Shown here piece after piece: positions 48,184-62,321 of a DNA stretch of 64,000 bases (positions are counted from its first letter, which is position 1; every line of letters begins with the position of its first letter). The stretch lies in the NCBI GenBank assembly GCA_030704615.1, contig CM060732.1:16988001-17052000 (forward strand). The letters run 5' to 3'. Under the pieces are notes generated by a model. That model was not told the DNA's origin. It did no database searches and saw only the letters and a program-made list of their open reading frames with translations. The stretch is from Takakia lepidozioides (lineage: Eukaryota; Plantae; Bryophyta). The position numbers and the translations under genes were made by a program.

Positions 48184-51100
48184 GGTTTCTAGTTAGGCAG
48201 AATTTCCCTGAATTTGTTTCCAGTCTGTGACATGGTGAGGCCATCATGGATGACCTCAAGGGTTTACCCACTCTTGGCACTAGACTGAAATTTAAACTCA
48301 GGGCGGGAAGCCTACCTTTGAACAGCAAACAGATGCACAGAGAAAGGGGGATTGCAAATGCCCGTTGTGTGGGCAACCTGAAGACAATATCCACTTTCTT
48401 TTGCAAAGAGAAATCTATTTCTTTTTGGCCGGATGATTCATTCTCCTGGGTACTCTCACCAGAGAGACGGCCTCTTCAAATCCATCAAGGGATTTGTTCC
48501 TGTACCTGTGTTTACCAAGTTTGAAAATTTTGAGGCTGAGCCAAAAGCCCGGGCCCTTTTGGGGCCTAGTTATTGGGCAAATCACACACAGCAGATTGAT
48601 GCTGGTGTAAGGGGATTTCTAGAGCATATCTGGAAAACTTGGATCAATTGTCTGTTCCAAGGTAAGTCATACTACCGGCGTCAGCCCCTGACAAAGGTAG
48701 TTTCTGTCCCTTTGTGTTCTGCTCAAACTGGGCGTGGAGTCAATGGCCACAAGGCTATGGCAAATGTCTTATGAGTACATTCTCTTTTGGTTTCTGCCGT
48801 TCTACTTTGTCCCACTAATGGACCTAATCTGCATCTCCTTCCTCTCTTCACTTAAATGACCTTAGTTGTCAATTTGGGGGTGGCTGGAACAGGCCGACCT
48901 GGTTTGCGACCAGGTGAAGTTTTCATCTCTTCTTGCTTCAATCTGCTTATGATTGTGATGCTATGACCAAGTTTGTAGACGTCAACTTCACACACTGTTC
49001 AGTTGACATTTAAGCCATGCATTAGGTGAATCACAGATTTTGGAGGTACTGTTGACCTCCACTGGTTTGTGTGTCTGCAGCCATAACTTTTGTAAAACTG
49101 AAAGAAAGCTTGTGATGTGATATCTGGTTCCAGGTCAAAGAAATACCAGAATTGCAAGCAGGATATAACATGGTCGGCCTTTCTCAGGTATCCCTTCAAG
49201 TTTTACTCTTTCTATGATGTTTGGTTCAATACCTGGACTGTTTCTCTCTTAGCATGGCCCATGCAAACTACCTGGTACAGTCTCACTTTTCCCGTACTCC
49301 TTCAAGTCAGCCTGAGAGCCGTCAACGAATTGTGCAACATTTTTTACCATGGAGATGGGTCAAACTGTGCAGGGTAATGTAATAGCTCGTGCCGTCATTG
49401 AATTCTGTGATGGAGGACCGCCCGTAAGTTTCCAATACTCCTGCATCCTCTTGCTTTGATCATTTGTTCTTGGCAGTTATCATTAAAAAGAGTTCAACAT
49501 TGCAAGTTCAACCTTGACTTTGACTCCAGAGAAGGCTGTAGTGTGGTTTTGATTGATATGATTAGTGCTACCAGAATCAGGACATGGGCCTAAAGACTCG
49601 GTGAAAACCAGACCTCCCAGATAGCAGAAAGTGAATAACTGAAGATACTAAAACTACGATGAATGTTGGCTCTTTAGAAATGATCGCTGTCAAGGAAGAT
49701 GATGCTGGAAAGACAGGTTTAGCTGATGACCGACATGTTGGGATGACCAATAATGTGGATATTTGCTTAGGTTGAGCTCCATCACCTTTAAATTTAGGGT
49801 AGCCTGAAGTTATGTTTTATGCAGCTTAAGCGAGCCGGAACTTAAATGCTTAGCCTATCATTTTCATTACGTATATTAAATGGAGTTCTATCCTTGGCTC
49901 TGCCAGGTTCACAATTTTGTATCACTGGGAGGCCCTCATGCTGGCACCGCCTCAGTTCCTCTTTGCTCTGTAAGTGTGAGCACTGCTGTTTTTTCCTGCA
50001 AGTGATGTTATGTTCATGTGATATTAGTTCTCTGGTCTGTTACAGGGTTTCTGACCACTGACAGTCCTTGCACGGGAGTACGAAATTATTTCCTGACAGA
50101 TATGCATTAGGGATCAACAGAATGTTGAGACTCCAGCTTGCACTCTTGACTACTCTGCGCCTATTTAGAACATTCGTACAGTTGATTGGCTAAAATCAAG
50201 CTGACAAGTATCTGAAGCAGCCACTTGTACTCCTTGGAAGAGGTGAAAGTTGTGGCTGATTGTGTGCCTGTTCGTGGTTACGTCTGCTCATTGGGATGTT
50301 GGTCCATTGTTGGGGGCTACCTTCTTCAGGTTGTGTCTATGTGCCAGTTGGCCAATGTATTCATCCGGTTGGGTGTTTACTCACAATTTGTTCAGGTTTG
50401 TCTCCACAACAGACCAGTGAGGATTTTTCTCAGCAATTATTGTTTGTTTCATATCAGTGACCTTGGATGCCACTCAAGGCTGGCTATGTTTTGAGAAGAA
50501 GCTCATATCACCTAACATGGACAAATTCTAACATGGACTTTTCTGGGCTCCATGGATGGACTTGACTTGGCAAAGATACTCCTGATGTTGCACTTTGTTG
50601 GGGTGCAGAACCATCTCGCACCAGCTGGCTATGTGAAAATTCCCAATGTGAGTAAGATCACGGATCGCTGATTGAAAAGGAGTGTGCCTGTTAGACTTAA
50701 TGAAGGTCACAGCAGTATGTTCCAGCTCTGATCCTTGGGCATGCTCACAACGAGAGGAAGTCCCAAGCCTCTGCTGTAAATATGGCCGCAGTTGGCTCGG
50801 CTTTGCTGTAATGTGAGGAAGACTGAGATCAAATTAGTGACAGCCAGTGCTAGTGATTTCCTGTACATTGACCATGGCTGTTAAAAACAACTCAAGTTGA
50901 AACAGCTTGGTTTGGTAGAGCTTTGGACATTTGTGTAAACTTTTTAGAAGCAGGAAGTCACAGGAGGTTCTGTCCTCCATACAAATTAGGGCGTCTTTTT
51001 GGCCAATCAACTTTGGAAATGAACTCTCCTGTAATGTGTAAAGTTGCGATAAGCGTTTTCAAGACAGTTAAGAGTTCTCTTGAAGGGTAGATAGTATCCG

Positions 51101-51400
51101 CAGAGTGAGGGAACAATACCATGTTATGTGCATGCCACGCATATTGGATTGAGCCAGAGGTAGTGTCGAGAGTTTCAGGATTTGGCTGCATACTACAAAG
51201 GCAGTTTGTTCCTGCCAAAGCTCAACAATGAAATTGCTTCAAGTCGAAATGACACTTACAAGAAGCGGCTTAGTAGCCTCAACCATTTGGTTCTGATCAT
51301 GGTAAGTACTACTTACATTTAGCGCTTTTCCTCACTCCTGTGCAAACCAGGGGAAGTTTCTGTCTGCAAGGTCGTAGCAAGCAATTTCTTTGGGGTACAA

Positions 51401-51444
<44 letters not shown>

Positions 51445-52184
51445 AGCTTTTTTGGTTGTAATGGTGGTTGTAAAGCATATTCTCTGATTTGATGCTTTGA
51501 CAGGTAAGAGCTATGATTGCACTGTGCAGTTTCAGAAAGATACCATCTTGATTCCTCCTGAGACAGCTTGGTTTGGTTTCTATGGCGAAAATGACTTCAC
51601 TATGGTCCTGCCTCCCCAGGAGGTAAAATACTAACTTCCTAGAGTGTGACAATGTGCATGAGGACTGTGTAGAGCTTTGTTTCTTTCTACCAGCAAATGT
51701 GGACCAGCACCAAGTGTCCAAGTTAAAAGTTGGAAGGAAGTTATGTAATTGTCTGGAGCTACAGTAATCTGTGCCTATTCCCGTACTGGCGATTCCTTTT
51801 ACTAACGTTAAAAACAGAAGTCTCTGACCAACCATGATAGGAACAGGCCTTTTGTGGTTTGGACTTGTCTTGGCTAGTGAATGATGGTGAGAGTAAGTTG
51901 TTGCTAATGAATTGGAAGACGTGATGACATTCCATGGTTGATGGTCATTGTTTATTCAGATGACAAGGGTCTTGTAGGGTTCTACAGATACAAAAACTCA
52001 CGTGAGTTGTGGTCATGTTTTGCAGACAGAGTTGTACATCGAAGATTGGATTGGCTTGAAAGGTTTGGACAAAGGAGGGAGAGTGTCATATATTGTCTTT
52101 CCTGGTGATCACCTTAGCATTTCTGAACGTGAAATGGAACAACACATCCTCCCTTATCTTGTTGCTTCAAATTCAAGCATCTGA
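47112..52184 (+). CDS. Palmitoyl-protein thioesterase 1-like alpha/beta hydrolase, ~12 exons
   Basis: PFVVLHG|IGDQC; FC|IEIGDG; GYNMVGLSQ|GNVIAR (catalytic Ser); VHNFVSLGGPHAG; NHLAPAGY; FLPKLNNE; FQKDTILIPPETAWFG (Asp); LYIEDWIGLK..PGDHL (His). GT-AG junctions; hydrophobic N-terminal segment. Confidence 0.92.
48117..48183. repeat. (CA)n(CT)n microsatellite in thioesterase intron 3
   Basis: Seen directly. Confidence 0.9.
48192..48784 (+). mobile_element. RTE/RTEX-like LINE 3' fragment, copy B, in thioesterase intron
   Basis: MDDLKGLPTLGTRLKFKLRAGSLPLNSKQMHR followed by a frameshifted CCHC-like remnant. Homologous to copies A and C. Confidence 0.65.
51402..51443. repeat. (CT)n microsatellite
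   Basis: Seen directly. Confidence 0.9.
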
Positions 52185-52499
52185 ATTAGCACAGCTATTG
52201 GTGTGACTTGCATACACCTCTGAGGAACAGGCTTTTCATCTGGAAAGCCATGTATCATTTCGTTTTATTTCTTTTGCCTGTATTCTACAATATGAGTGGG
52301 CGATTATTCATGGAGTTGCAGCTACCCTGTAGCTTCTTTATTGAGTCGCTGAATGTCACCAGTCTGGAAGGGTGCCTGACATCAATGACATGAAAATTTC
52401 ACTAAGACTTTTTGTATTGAACAAAGGAGTTTGTAGGTGGGAAATGCATCCTGTTGCCTATTAGGAAGCTTTATAGGTTAAACCGAAGGAGACTTTGTG

Positions 52500-53030
52500 T
52501 TTCCTTTGGACGCCTTCAGTTGGCGTCCAATCTTCACCAGAAGATGGGCACAGGAAACGTTGGATGGCCAACAAGGCTCCCCATCCGCAGAACCAAGCAC
52601 CAGGCAGTGAAGCGAAATTGTCAGTCTTGGGAACTTTTCGGAAGTCATGACCAATGAAGTATGACAAATGCACTATGAAGTGCAAATAGCTTCACAAAGA
52701 TTTTTGAAAGTAGACCTAACCAAAGACGTTAGAGGGAGTTTGCAAGAGCTTGGAAACTGTGTAGAGCACATCTCATGTCATGAATCTTCCCCTAGAGCTA
52801 GCACAAAAGTTCTGAAAATGGTTGGTTGTAATTTGAGAGACCACGATTGTATGATGCTGAGGAAGTCGCTATAATATAAACTGAGAAAAAAAGTTGTAAG
52901 ATTAGACTCCGGCACTCCAACATCCGCTCTGCAAATGATATCCAGGTGCCAGACACAAATGATATGAGTTGGCTTTCAATCGCATCTCCAACTCTGCTCA
53001 TGTCTACAACAGAAAGTAGGGGCATTTGAT
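52500..53030 (-). pseudogene. Possible highly degraded hAT transposase fragment
   Basis: Weak resemblance only: SGTWISFAERMLEC (cf. TRWNS..ML.R), QPFSELLC (cf. L.PF) and FASLPGAWF (cf. A.LDPRF). Many stops. Confidence 0.25.
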
Positions 53031-54236
53031 TATTCTTGGAATGTCAAATACGGAAACGCTGAAACTTACCAATGAATAGTAACAAATGCATGTAATCCAT
53101 GCAAGCCCTGCCGTATAGGTTGTGACCAAGTCCTGATGGTTGAGTTGAGGTTATGGAGCCTTCCTGTTCTTTCCAATCACTTAATGCAGAAATTGCCCCA
53201 AAAACAGTACCTTCGATTCCCTCTTTCTCTGTTCTTTTCAATTCTTCTTTTCCTGCCCTCTTACTATGAGATCCGTGGTGGACTCAGCTGTCCTCAGAGA
53301 AGTCTTCCATTATGAGGATCAGAAATTTCCATGAGTGCAAATAGGATAGGAGGAAATACAAGTCATTGTCTTCCTTGGGGAGAGAATATCAGCCTGCGAG
53401 CTGGTAGACTCACGCATTCATAAAACTATTCATCCAAGTATTTCATTCATTTATAAATATGGATGAAATATCCCCATTACACCTAATTCTAAACGTAATG
53501 GCAAGTATTGGTGTTAAGCATCAAAACCCTTGCGTAGGCAGGGCCAACAAATGCATGGAAGTACAAACTTCAAAAACGTTTAGTTGACATCACCCTGACA
53601 TGCTGACAGTCACAACGTGGTGCTGATGACCTCACCTGCCCATTTTTTTTCATTTCATGTAGAGCGGCCATGTGGCTAACTGGTGGGGTAGAGTGCGTAG
53701 GTGGCGAACCGACTGTTTTCCATGTGGATCGTACGTGGCTACAGCTATGCACCATACTGCCGCAATATGGCGACCATATATGACCAAGAAGACATTTCAA
53801 GGGCAACACAGGTGCAGATAACCCTGGCTCGAAGGGCCCTTATATTGCAGCAAAGTGGCTACCATAAAAAGGTAGCCTTATATTGCAGTGGCGATGGCCA
53901 CCCCCTCCAGCCCTAAAACGCTTGGCGAACGGACGGCCCAGGGCGCAACACGTAGCGAGATCCCCGCGTCAACAGGCGCCGGCCGTTGGATGGCGGGTGC
54001 CACGGGATCCAGTTCCCAGGCGCCAAGGGGTGGTTCCCTTGGTGCTTTCCGCCAAGGAACGCGCGCTTTCTGGCTTTTTTTCGATTTCCCCCCTGTTTCT
54101 TTACAAGGGCGTGTCGCAACCCATAAAGTTTGAGTGCTTTCTGGCTTTATTTCGCCTAAAAAATATGGGCTGGACCTCACCTTTTGCTTCTCTTTTTTGG
54201 AGTTTATCTTCTACCAAAGATCTCGATTCATAGCAC

Positions 54237-57200
54237 CACTACAGCAAATGGGGGGGGTTTGCGACGCCAGCTGCGCCCCCACGCCCTGCGCGGCGCCAAG
54301 TGTGCGACGCCAACCCGCGGAGCGTGTTTACGACGCCAGGCCATCGCAGCCAAACCCCGCGGGAGTGAAACCTGGCGCCGGGGCCAGGCGGCGACGCCTG
54401 GCCATCGCACGGAGTGATGAAGGGAAAATGGCAGCCCTTCCGTGCGACGGCTAAGCGTCGCCCCCAGCGAAGGGCAGAAGGCAGCCCTTTCTGGCGACGG
54501 CCGATCATCGCACGCCGGAAAAAAAAAACCATTTCTTGTCATTTCTTTCATCGCATCCTTTTCTTGCGACACCCAGCCGTCGCATGGTGGCATGAAGGGC
54601 AAAAGGCCCCTGCGATGGCCGGGCGTCGCAAACTGCCCAGCTACCCTATTCTTTCAAAACAAAAAAACATGTCACAGTTTGCAACGGCTGGCCGTCGCCG
54701 TTTGCAACCCCCGGCCCCATAAATCCATTCAAAAAAACAGGTCGCAGTTGGCGACGGTTGGCGGTCGCCGTTTGCGACCCCTGGCCTGATAAATCCAAGA
54801 AAACGCGTCGCAGTTGGTGACGCGTGGGGGTCGCAGGAGGCGACGGCAGGGCTTTCTAGGTTTAGGTTCAGGGCCTTTGGGGGTTTTTAGTTTTTTTTTT
54901 TTTTCATATGGTACTGGGGTAGGGTGTTTGTTTTTCTTTATGGTTTAGCTTGTTATTGTGGACCTTTTTGTAGATTATGACATTCATTTTGATAATTCTC
55001 TTGATAGCATCTGTATGTGTTGCTCCAACATATTCATTGCATCTGCCTTCTTTCTTGAAAGACTACCAGCCACAGCCATATTTGATGAATCATAGAAATA
55101 AAGTACAATATGCATGTACATGTACAATCAATCGAAGGGATAGGTCCAGTTCGATGCGAGAATTGTTATGTAGCTTTGATTTTGTGTCTAATCAACTTAA
55201 ACATCATCATCCAGAGCCTCTTCATCCTCATCAAGCTGCAAGTTTTCTTGGTCATCGGAGTCATCGTCATAAATGGCCCGGCCCTCAAAAGGCACCTCCG
55301 AATCATCCTCCACCTCGTTGTCAATGGTCGTGTCTTCGTCTCCTTCTCCAACATCCGTATCTTCTAGAGCTTCATCATATAGGGTCCAGGATGCATTGTT
55401 CGGGGCGTCATCATCCTCTTTTACCCCCTCTATCCAACCTCCATCATCAGCATCATTATGACCAGTCTCTCCGTCCACCGCAATTACCTCACCCCATAGA
55501 GATCCGAGACCATGATAGATGGGTCTTCCTCTTGGCTGAGCATGCACAACCACCTTCCAATTCCCCCCTCTTGTTTTGTCATCGGAGAAGAAAACTTGCT
55601 CCATGTCTGAAGGCCGTGAAAAAAACTCATCGGAGGGACGATGAGTAGGGTTGAGCCTATCTGCATTGACGCGCATGAAACCACAATCATCTTGCACTAA
55701 TGTTGCGGAGGGCCCTACAAGATGTGGCTAGAACCACCTTCCCTTGAAGAGAAGAGGTCGGTACCTTGTATACTGAAGTTGGAGTATGTTCTCAAGCTCT
55801 CCAATGTACTCAAGTTTGCTCATAGCAGGTCATGTATCTCCCTTGCCCCACACGGAGTCTTGCCAATATGTGGCACACAAGCCAGAATCAAAGGTTGTTT
55901 TGCGCTTCATGTCAAGAGCACGAATGCGGAAATGACGACCGTGAACCCAAACCGTCGTGTATGAGTCGCGAATTGAGAGGGGCCCCTTGCAATGTCTTGC
56001 ACCAAATCTGAAACCACCTCTCCTTGAGCAACGGCGTCATAAATTGAAGTCCGAAACCACTGTTGGAATGAACTTAGAGGCTGCAATTCATGGGCAAATT
56101 TTGTGAAGGAACATTCCGGTGGCCCGCTCCTCGTCGTGGGCGTCTAGTAACCGGCCTTGGATGGTTTCGCCTCCATGCAAGCGTCTCCTCTTCTCGTTGC
56201 TGAATAAGATTATTGTATCTTGTCTCCCACTCATGTATGGATGGGGTGTTCTTCAGTATGAAGTCATGCGCTTGCTCAATCACCAAGGTCGGCAATTTTA
56301 CCCTCTTCGATTTTTTGGGCAAAACGATGTCATTGGTTCGTGCATCCTCCTCTTCCTTCCACATCTAAGGGGATTCCTCATCCACCCTTGCCATGTACTC
56401 GGTGCAATAGAACATAGTTTTTTGCAACGTATACCCCTCCGCCATGCTACCCTCCGGGTGCGCCATTTGTCTTACAAATCCTTTCAAAGTCTTCATATAA
56501 CGCTCAAGGAAGTACATCCACCGAGAATTAACGGGGCCAGCAATCGAAGCCTCTTCCACTAAGTGCACTACCAAGTGCACTTGGATGTCAAAGAAGGAGG
56601 GAGGAAGGTGCATCTCCAACATACACATTACCTCCGCCGCCTCCTTCTTCATGCATAGAAAATCTGCTTCTTCCAACTCTTTGGAGCAAATCCACCGGAA
56701 CAAGCCTCTCAATCTATAGATTGTCTCACGAACCTCGGGAGTCAATGTCCCACGTACTGCAATGGGCAAGATGTCTTGCAATAGATTGTGGTAGTCATGA
56801 GACTTCAAACCATGGACCCCGTCTTCTTCGCTGAACTTCGTACGGAGGGATGACCCATAACCAGTTGGTATTCGGACAGCACTTATGGTGGCTATCACCT
56901 CCTTTGTCCATTGCCAAGGTGCGCGCCTATACTTCCACCGTACAATACCCTTTGGGTCCACACCATTTTGTTCGGCCCATAGATGGCGCATGCGACCCTG
57001 CTCCTCAAGCTCCTTTCTAACACCGAGAGAATCTCCTTTTGCAGCCACTCCCTTCTTTGTCGGCGTGCCATGAAGAACCCGAAAAAAGGACGAGCAGACA
57101 TTCTTCTCAATATGCATGGGATCTAGAAGATGGCGAATCTTCAGGTCCTACATATATCCCCACCCACAAAGACTTACACAAAAAAATTTACGTGACAGTG

Positions 57201-60200
57201 ACAATGCAACGCATACCAAATGTGCAATATCACATGCATGCATAGGGATATTGACGGTGTTTTTGTGGAATATGTACCGCCCAATATGGCAACTCGTAGA
57301 AGATTGAAAGTCGTTTCATGCCGGGCACGTCCACTTCACCGTCCGTGCCCGCATAGGCCTCCTTCCATCGGTCCTCCCAAAACTGCCCGGACGGTGTCAT
57401 GGGGGGGGACGTACTTCCTCTTTGCCATCAAATAAGTGTTTCTCTCTTCTTCTCCATCGATGGCTCATAGGAAGAAATTTGCGGTGGTTGGGATACACCA
57501 TCTTGTGAAGATGGCAGGAGCTATGTGTATCAAGATTATCGCCACAATGCAAGCATGCATGGTACCCTTTGGTGCTTAGCCCCGAGCAAACAGTTAGTCT
57601 TGTACTACACATCCCGCCACATTAGCAAAAACAAAAAGTTGTTATGTGCATGGCCCATAATGCCATCTACCCCACTACGGTGCACAAGACTGTCGCCGCT
57701 ACTTCAATCGATCATCATCCTCATCCGGCATTGACAAGTGAATGTACGCGGGTTGTTCATGGGGAACATAATATACCTGGATCATCATGCATTGTCCAAA
57801 GCAAGATGTCTCTCATTTGAAAAGATTGTCCGGCCATAGGGTCAAGTGAAGCATCCAATGTCGGGACCCCCCTCCATAGCTCTTTAAGTTCATCAAGAAG
57901 AGGTTGCAAGTACGTGTCCATGTTTGCCACTTGTTTTTTCCCTTTGAGACATTCACATCATTGTTTCAATGCTCCACCAATATGCAGATTATACTACAAA
58001 ATGAATTACACGTCTTACTCCATGATTATGTCACTCATCAATCTTGCATCCGAATTGCGTCAAAGATCAGAAGTTTAATGTAAAGTCGAAGGCAATAATA
58101 AACATGAAATGAGTACACTCACCTGGCACAATGGCAACCAACATGATATGGCATTTTTTAATTGAAAGATACAAAGGGATGTTGTAGTTCACCATGGTCA
58201 CCAGCCAAGTGGAATGACTACATGACTGGACAGAGAATGGGTTGACCCCATCGAGGTGGACATGTCGTGGGTCCTCCAAGAGAAAAGGCCACATCTCTTC
58301 AATATGCCTCCATGCTTGTGAATCTTGTGGCCCGCACACCTTTCCCGGGGGGCTCCGATGCGAGGCGTGCCATCTCATGAGTCTGGCCAATTCGGGGCTT
58401 CGGTACTGTGCCCTCAATCGCGGGATGATCGGAAAGTAATGCATTTTCTAGGATGAAATACCCCACGCCCCCCACATGTAATCATCCCATTAGCACACAT
58501 AATACAACACCCTTATGCATTTCCCTTTATGCAGCCTCTCCCTCATTTGGGTGTGAATGGTCAAAACCAAACGTCGCTCCTTCCACTCCTCACTCACTCC
58601 TTCCAAAACCACAATCAGATCTTGCATGAGTACTACTCTCTAATAATCTCCATGCGAGGGGGAATGGCGCTTATACCTTGCGTGGTACTTTTTTCCCTTG
58701 GACATCATCCCGATATCGGTCTTTCTTGCACTTTGGACACTTGGTGAGATGCAAATCCTCTCCGTAGTATAGGGTTTTATCACATGGACAGGCATGAAAA
58801 ATCTTATAGCCCATCCCTACAGAGTCCAAGACTTCGCACGCCTCTTTCCGCGACCGTGGCATCTTGGGTTTCAAGTGTGGAGCAAGGATATAGTCTGCAA
58901 TAGTTCGCATTATGGCAGACATCCCAACATTACTTATGCCAAATTGAATTTGAAGATTGAGCAAAAGTAAGATTGTTGAAAGTCGACTCACTTTCGCCCC
59001 TTCGTACAAGGGAGTTCTCGCCTCCCTCTCCATGTCATTTGAGGGGGCCATTTCAGGATCATCGATTGGCCGGGTTCCCTCTTCATGGGATGCATCAGCG
59101 CCCACATGATGCATTAAGAGATCCTCTATGGCTTGCACATCCTCCTGGTTAATTCCATGCTCATTGTTGTTGTCACTGTCACTATCACTGTCATCGTCAT
59201 CATCGTCCGGTACCGTGGGGGCGGCGTCTCGCCCACGGCTCCCGCCTGATGTACTTGGGTTGTTTTCGGATGGGGTGCCAAGAGAAAAGACCAGGAAGGG
59301 ATGGACAAAGTCCTGATACGAACAAATGAACATAGGGACATATATTATAATGTGTCCTTGCAACCATACACTTCATTATAAGCGAAATGCAAACAACAAC
59401 CTTCAATGTGTGTGTGCATCAAATATGTCATTCAATAATTACATGTATGTGCGCAACGTACACGCTTGCAAAGTTTCAAACCCAAACAAAATCATTTGCC
59501 CCCCCCAATGACGCATTCACCCTATCAACCAATTTTTGTTTATTAATGTAAAAGAAAATCCTCTCATGCCATTGCACCCAACAAACGGATGTGGCTCAAG
59601 CTTCATTTTTTCCTACGTGTGCTTAAATATGTGTGCAACACCTGTACAAAGATCCAGCAGGGGGAAAAAAAAATAAAAAAAAATAAAAAAATGCCTCCCC
59701 AACGACGCACTCACCCTTGCACCAATTTTGAATTAAATCGAATTTAAATGAATTTAAAATAAATATTTACATTTAGAAAATATATGATTGCCGTTTTGAG
59801 GGGCGTAATGATTTTATTTTTAGCTCTATTTTGTTCTGTGACATTGGGCTTGCACTCCAAACTTGATTTGTGTTCTCTTTCATGCACTCTTCATAGAGAG
59901 TTCTGCAATAATGAGCGAAGAGAACATTTGTTTTTGGGGGCATTTTTGATTGGTCCAAATTTTGGCGGGGAAGTAGCCGTGGGATGCTGGAAGCCGTAGA
60001 ACAAAATTGAGCCAAAAACAAAATCGATACGTGCCAGAAACCCCCACTGAAAGGCAGTGCAAACCTATTTATTGGCTTAAAATAAATTTAAATTCAATTA
60101 AATTGTGGAATGGCTTGAGGGGGGAGCGCGTCGATGGGGAGGCAAATGATTTATTCGTCTGTTGTGTCTCCGCACATGTTCAAGCACATGCGGGCAAAAG

Positions 60201-61920
60201 AGGGGCTTCAACCACATCCGTTCAATGGGTGCAATAGCCGTGCACGCATTGCAGGATTTTTTTTTTCGCATTGAACAGGAGGTAGAGGTAGAGGTGGTGG
60301 TGGCGGTGGACGTGGAGGTGGTACTGCTGGCGGAGGAAATGAAAGTGGAGGTGGTTGAGGATGTAATGTCGGAGGTGCAGCCGGGGGTACAACTTTCGGA
60401 TCAGGTACAACCGGAGGTGGATCAGGCAAAGAAACAGACGGGGGGGGGGGGGGGGGAGGAGGAGGCCACAATCAGGGGGACCGCCTGAAGAAACTGGATG
60501 GAAGGGGGGGGGAGGGGGGGCTTGCTCATCGCCGGCCATAACGCCTACGACACCTACGACACCTACGACACCCCTCGACCCTACGCAACTCATCTATGTG
60601 CTGCTGGGGGAACCAACTGGTCACATCGGGCACATGCTCTGGCACAAATTCTGCAAGTAGACCGGCGCGAAATGCCTCCTGTGCAATGTGATTGCGAGCT
60701 TGGGCATCAAGTCGTGGCTGCAATGTGCGTAGTGAACGACGCATCAATACTTATGTCGTAATTTTGATTCATGTATGTTTACCAATCATACTATATTATT
60801 AGATAAACCTAAATGTACCTTAAATGAATGTTAATGAGAGGGGTGGGAAAAACACTCACCTTTGCCGCATCTGCAATCTTGTTCTTCTTGTTATGTTTTT
60901 CGACAACATGCGGTCGCCGCCTCGGTGGTCTGGTGCCGCCCGGCGGTATCCGTTCCCAACACTTAGTGCACCAACACTCAATCCTGTCGAGGGGGTCAAA
61001 GGTGGACATGATTGGACGGGGTGGCCCGCGAGGGGGCAACCCGCGGCGCGCCCGACTCGATCCTGGAGTGTCAACATCCTCCGCATCACCTGAAATTTGG
61101 CCCCGGTCCCTTCTACGATTGTGCCCGGCAACGTGTATGGATCAGGTGCAATGGGTGTCTCCTCGCCACGAAAAATGGTCGCTCTAGGGCCACAATCGAT
61201 ATGTGGTACTACCTCCCTATCCTCGAGGGAGACGGGTCGATGTTTCCTCACCATCCCTACCAATTAACACACACCAACAACACTTTCATTTCTCAAAAAC
61301 CGTTGGCAAAAAAACTCTATGCCTCAGCCTCGGGGCTTTCAAAATTGATAACCAAAGGCAGAGCATCCCCATGGTGCTAGAGCCCAAGACAATAAATCCT
61401 TCCTCTCGTTCTATCTTCAGGATGCTCACACTATGGAAAAAATTGTTGAGACCCAGCGCTTTGCGATTATCATATTGAACCACATTTTGTGTACGTGAAT
61501 CCTAATTACACCGTTTATCCTTTTAACCCCAAGACCCACAACCAAAACCGCCAATCCAAAACCCAGCACCATAAAGAAAAGCAAACACCCTAACCCAGTA
61601 CCATATGAATAAATAAATAAAATAAATAAAAAATAAGAAACCCAAAAGGCCCTAAACCCTAAATCCAGAAAGGCCGGCCATCGCCTCCTGCGACACCCTG
61701 GCGTCGCATTGGACGACGCGTTTTTTTTTTTTTTTTTAATTGGGGGTCGCACCCCGCGATGGACAGCCGTCACGGGGGCGACGTGTTTTTTTATTTATGG
61801 GGCCGGGGGTCGCAAGAAACGACGGCCAGCCGTCGCAATATTCATTTTTACATTTCAAAAAAGGGCGGGCGCAGGCGTGCGACGGCCGGGCGTCGCATGT
61901 AGGCGCCGCGCCTTTTTTTT
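54237..61920 (-). mobile_element. CACTA/En-Spm element 2
   Basis: CACTACAGCAAAT at 54237 with gcgac/gtcgc sub-terminal motifs. 54600-54950 is an imperfect inverted copy of 61565-61915. The opposite TAGTG terminus was not found. Confidence 0.88.
55197..61256 (-). pseudogene. CACTA TnpD transposase pseudogene, multi-exon, with N-terminal CxCxxC..H motif and Pro-rich exon
   Basis: IECWCTKC..VEKH; HACPCD..CPKC; YFPIIPRL; DGVNPF; LDPMHIEKN; LKSHDYH; WMYFLERY; HPEGSMAEGY. In-frame stop at 56365 and small deletions. Colinear with 17562-22427. Confidence 0.92.
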
Positions 61921-62321
61921 CCCCTAAGTGCTTCAAGCATCTCTTTCCCCTCCCGTTTTCGTTTGTTCTTTGGGAGAGAGGTAGTTCAGAGAGTGGGGTT
62001 GAGGGTGGAGGAGAAACGCACCTGCTGCTGAGCCCGAGGTGGTCGCAAGGCCCCAAGGAGTTTGCCCCAACGCCGCTCCAACGCCCAAGGTAAACACCGC
62101 CTCCTCCCTCACTTTCTGTCTTTCTTTCTTGCCCTAAGCACGGGCTGATGTCTCTCTCCCCTGTGTGGTAGGAACGCCGCGCAGAGGCGTGACCTAACGA
62201 GCTGAAGAGAGAGAGAGCCCTGGTGAGCGGGGCAGAGACGCCCTGCAGCGGCGGGGACCCGCGCCGCGACAGCACCGCAGCAACTCGCTTCAAGCACCAG
62301 CAGCAGTAGAGGTACGTCAGG

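Noticed and set aside
60162-60593. Pro-rich ORFs as an extensin or formin gene
   Set aside because: They lie within CACTA element 2 between transposase exons and are best explained as its low-complexity linker.
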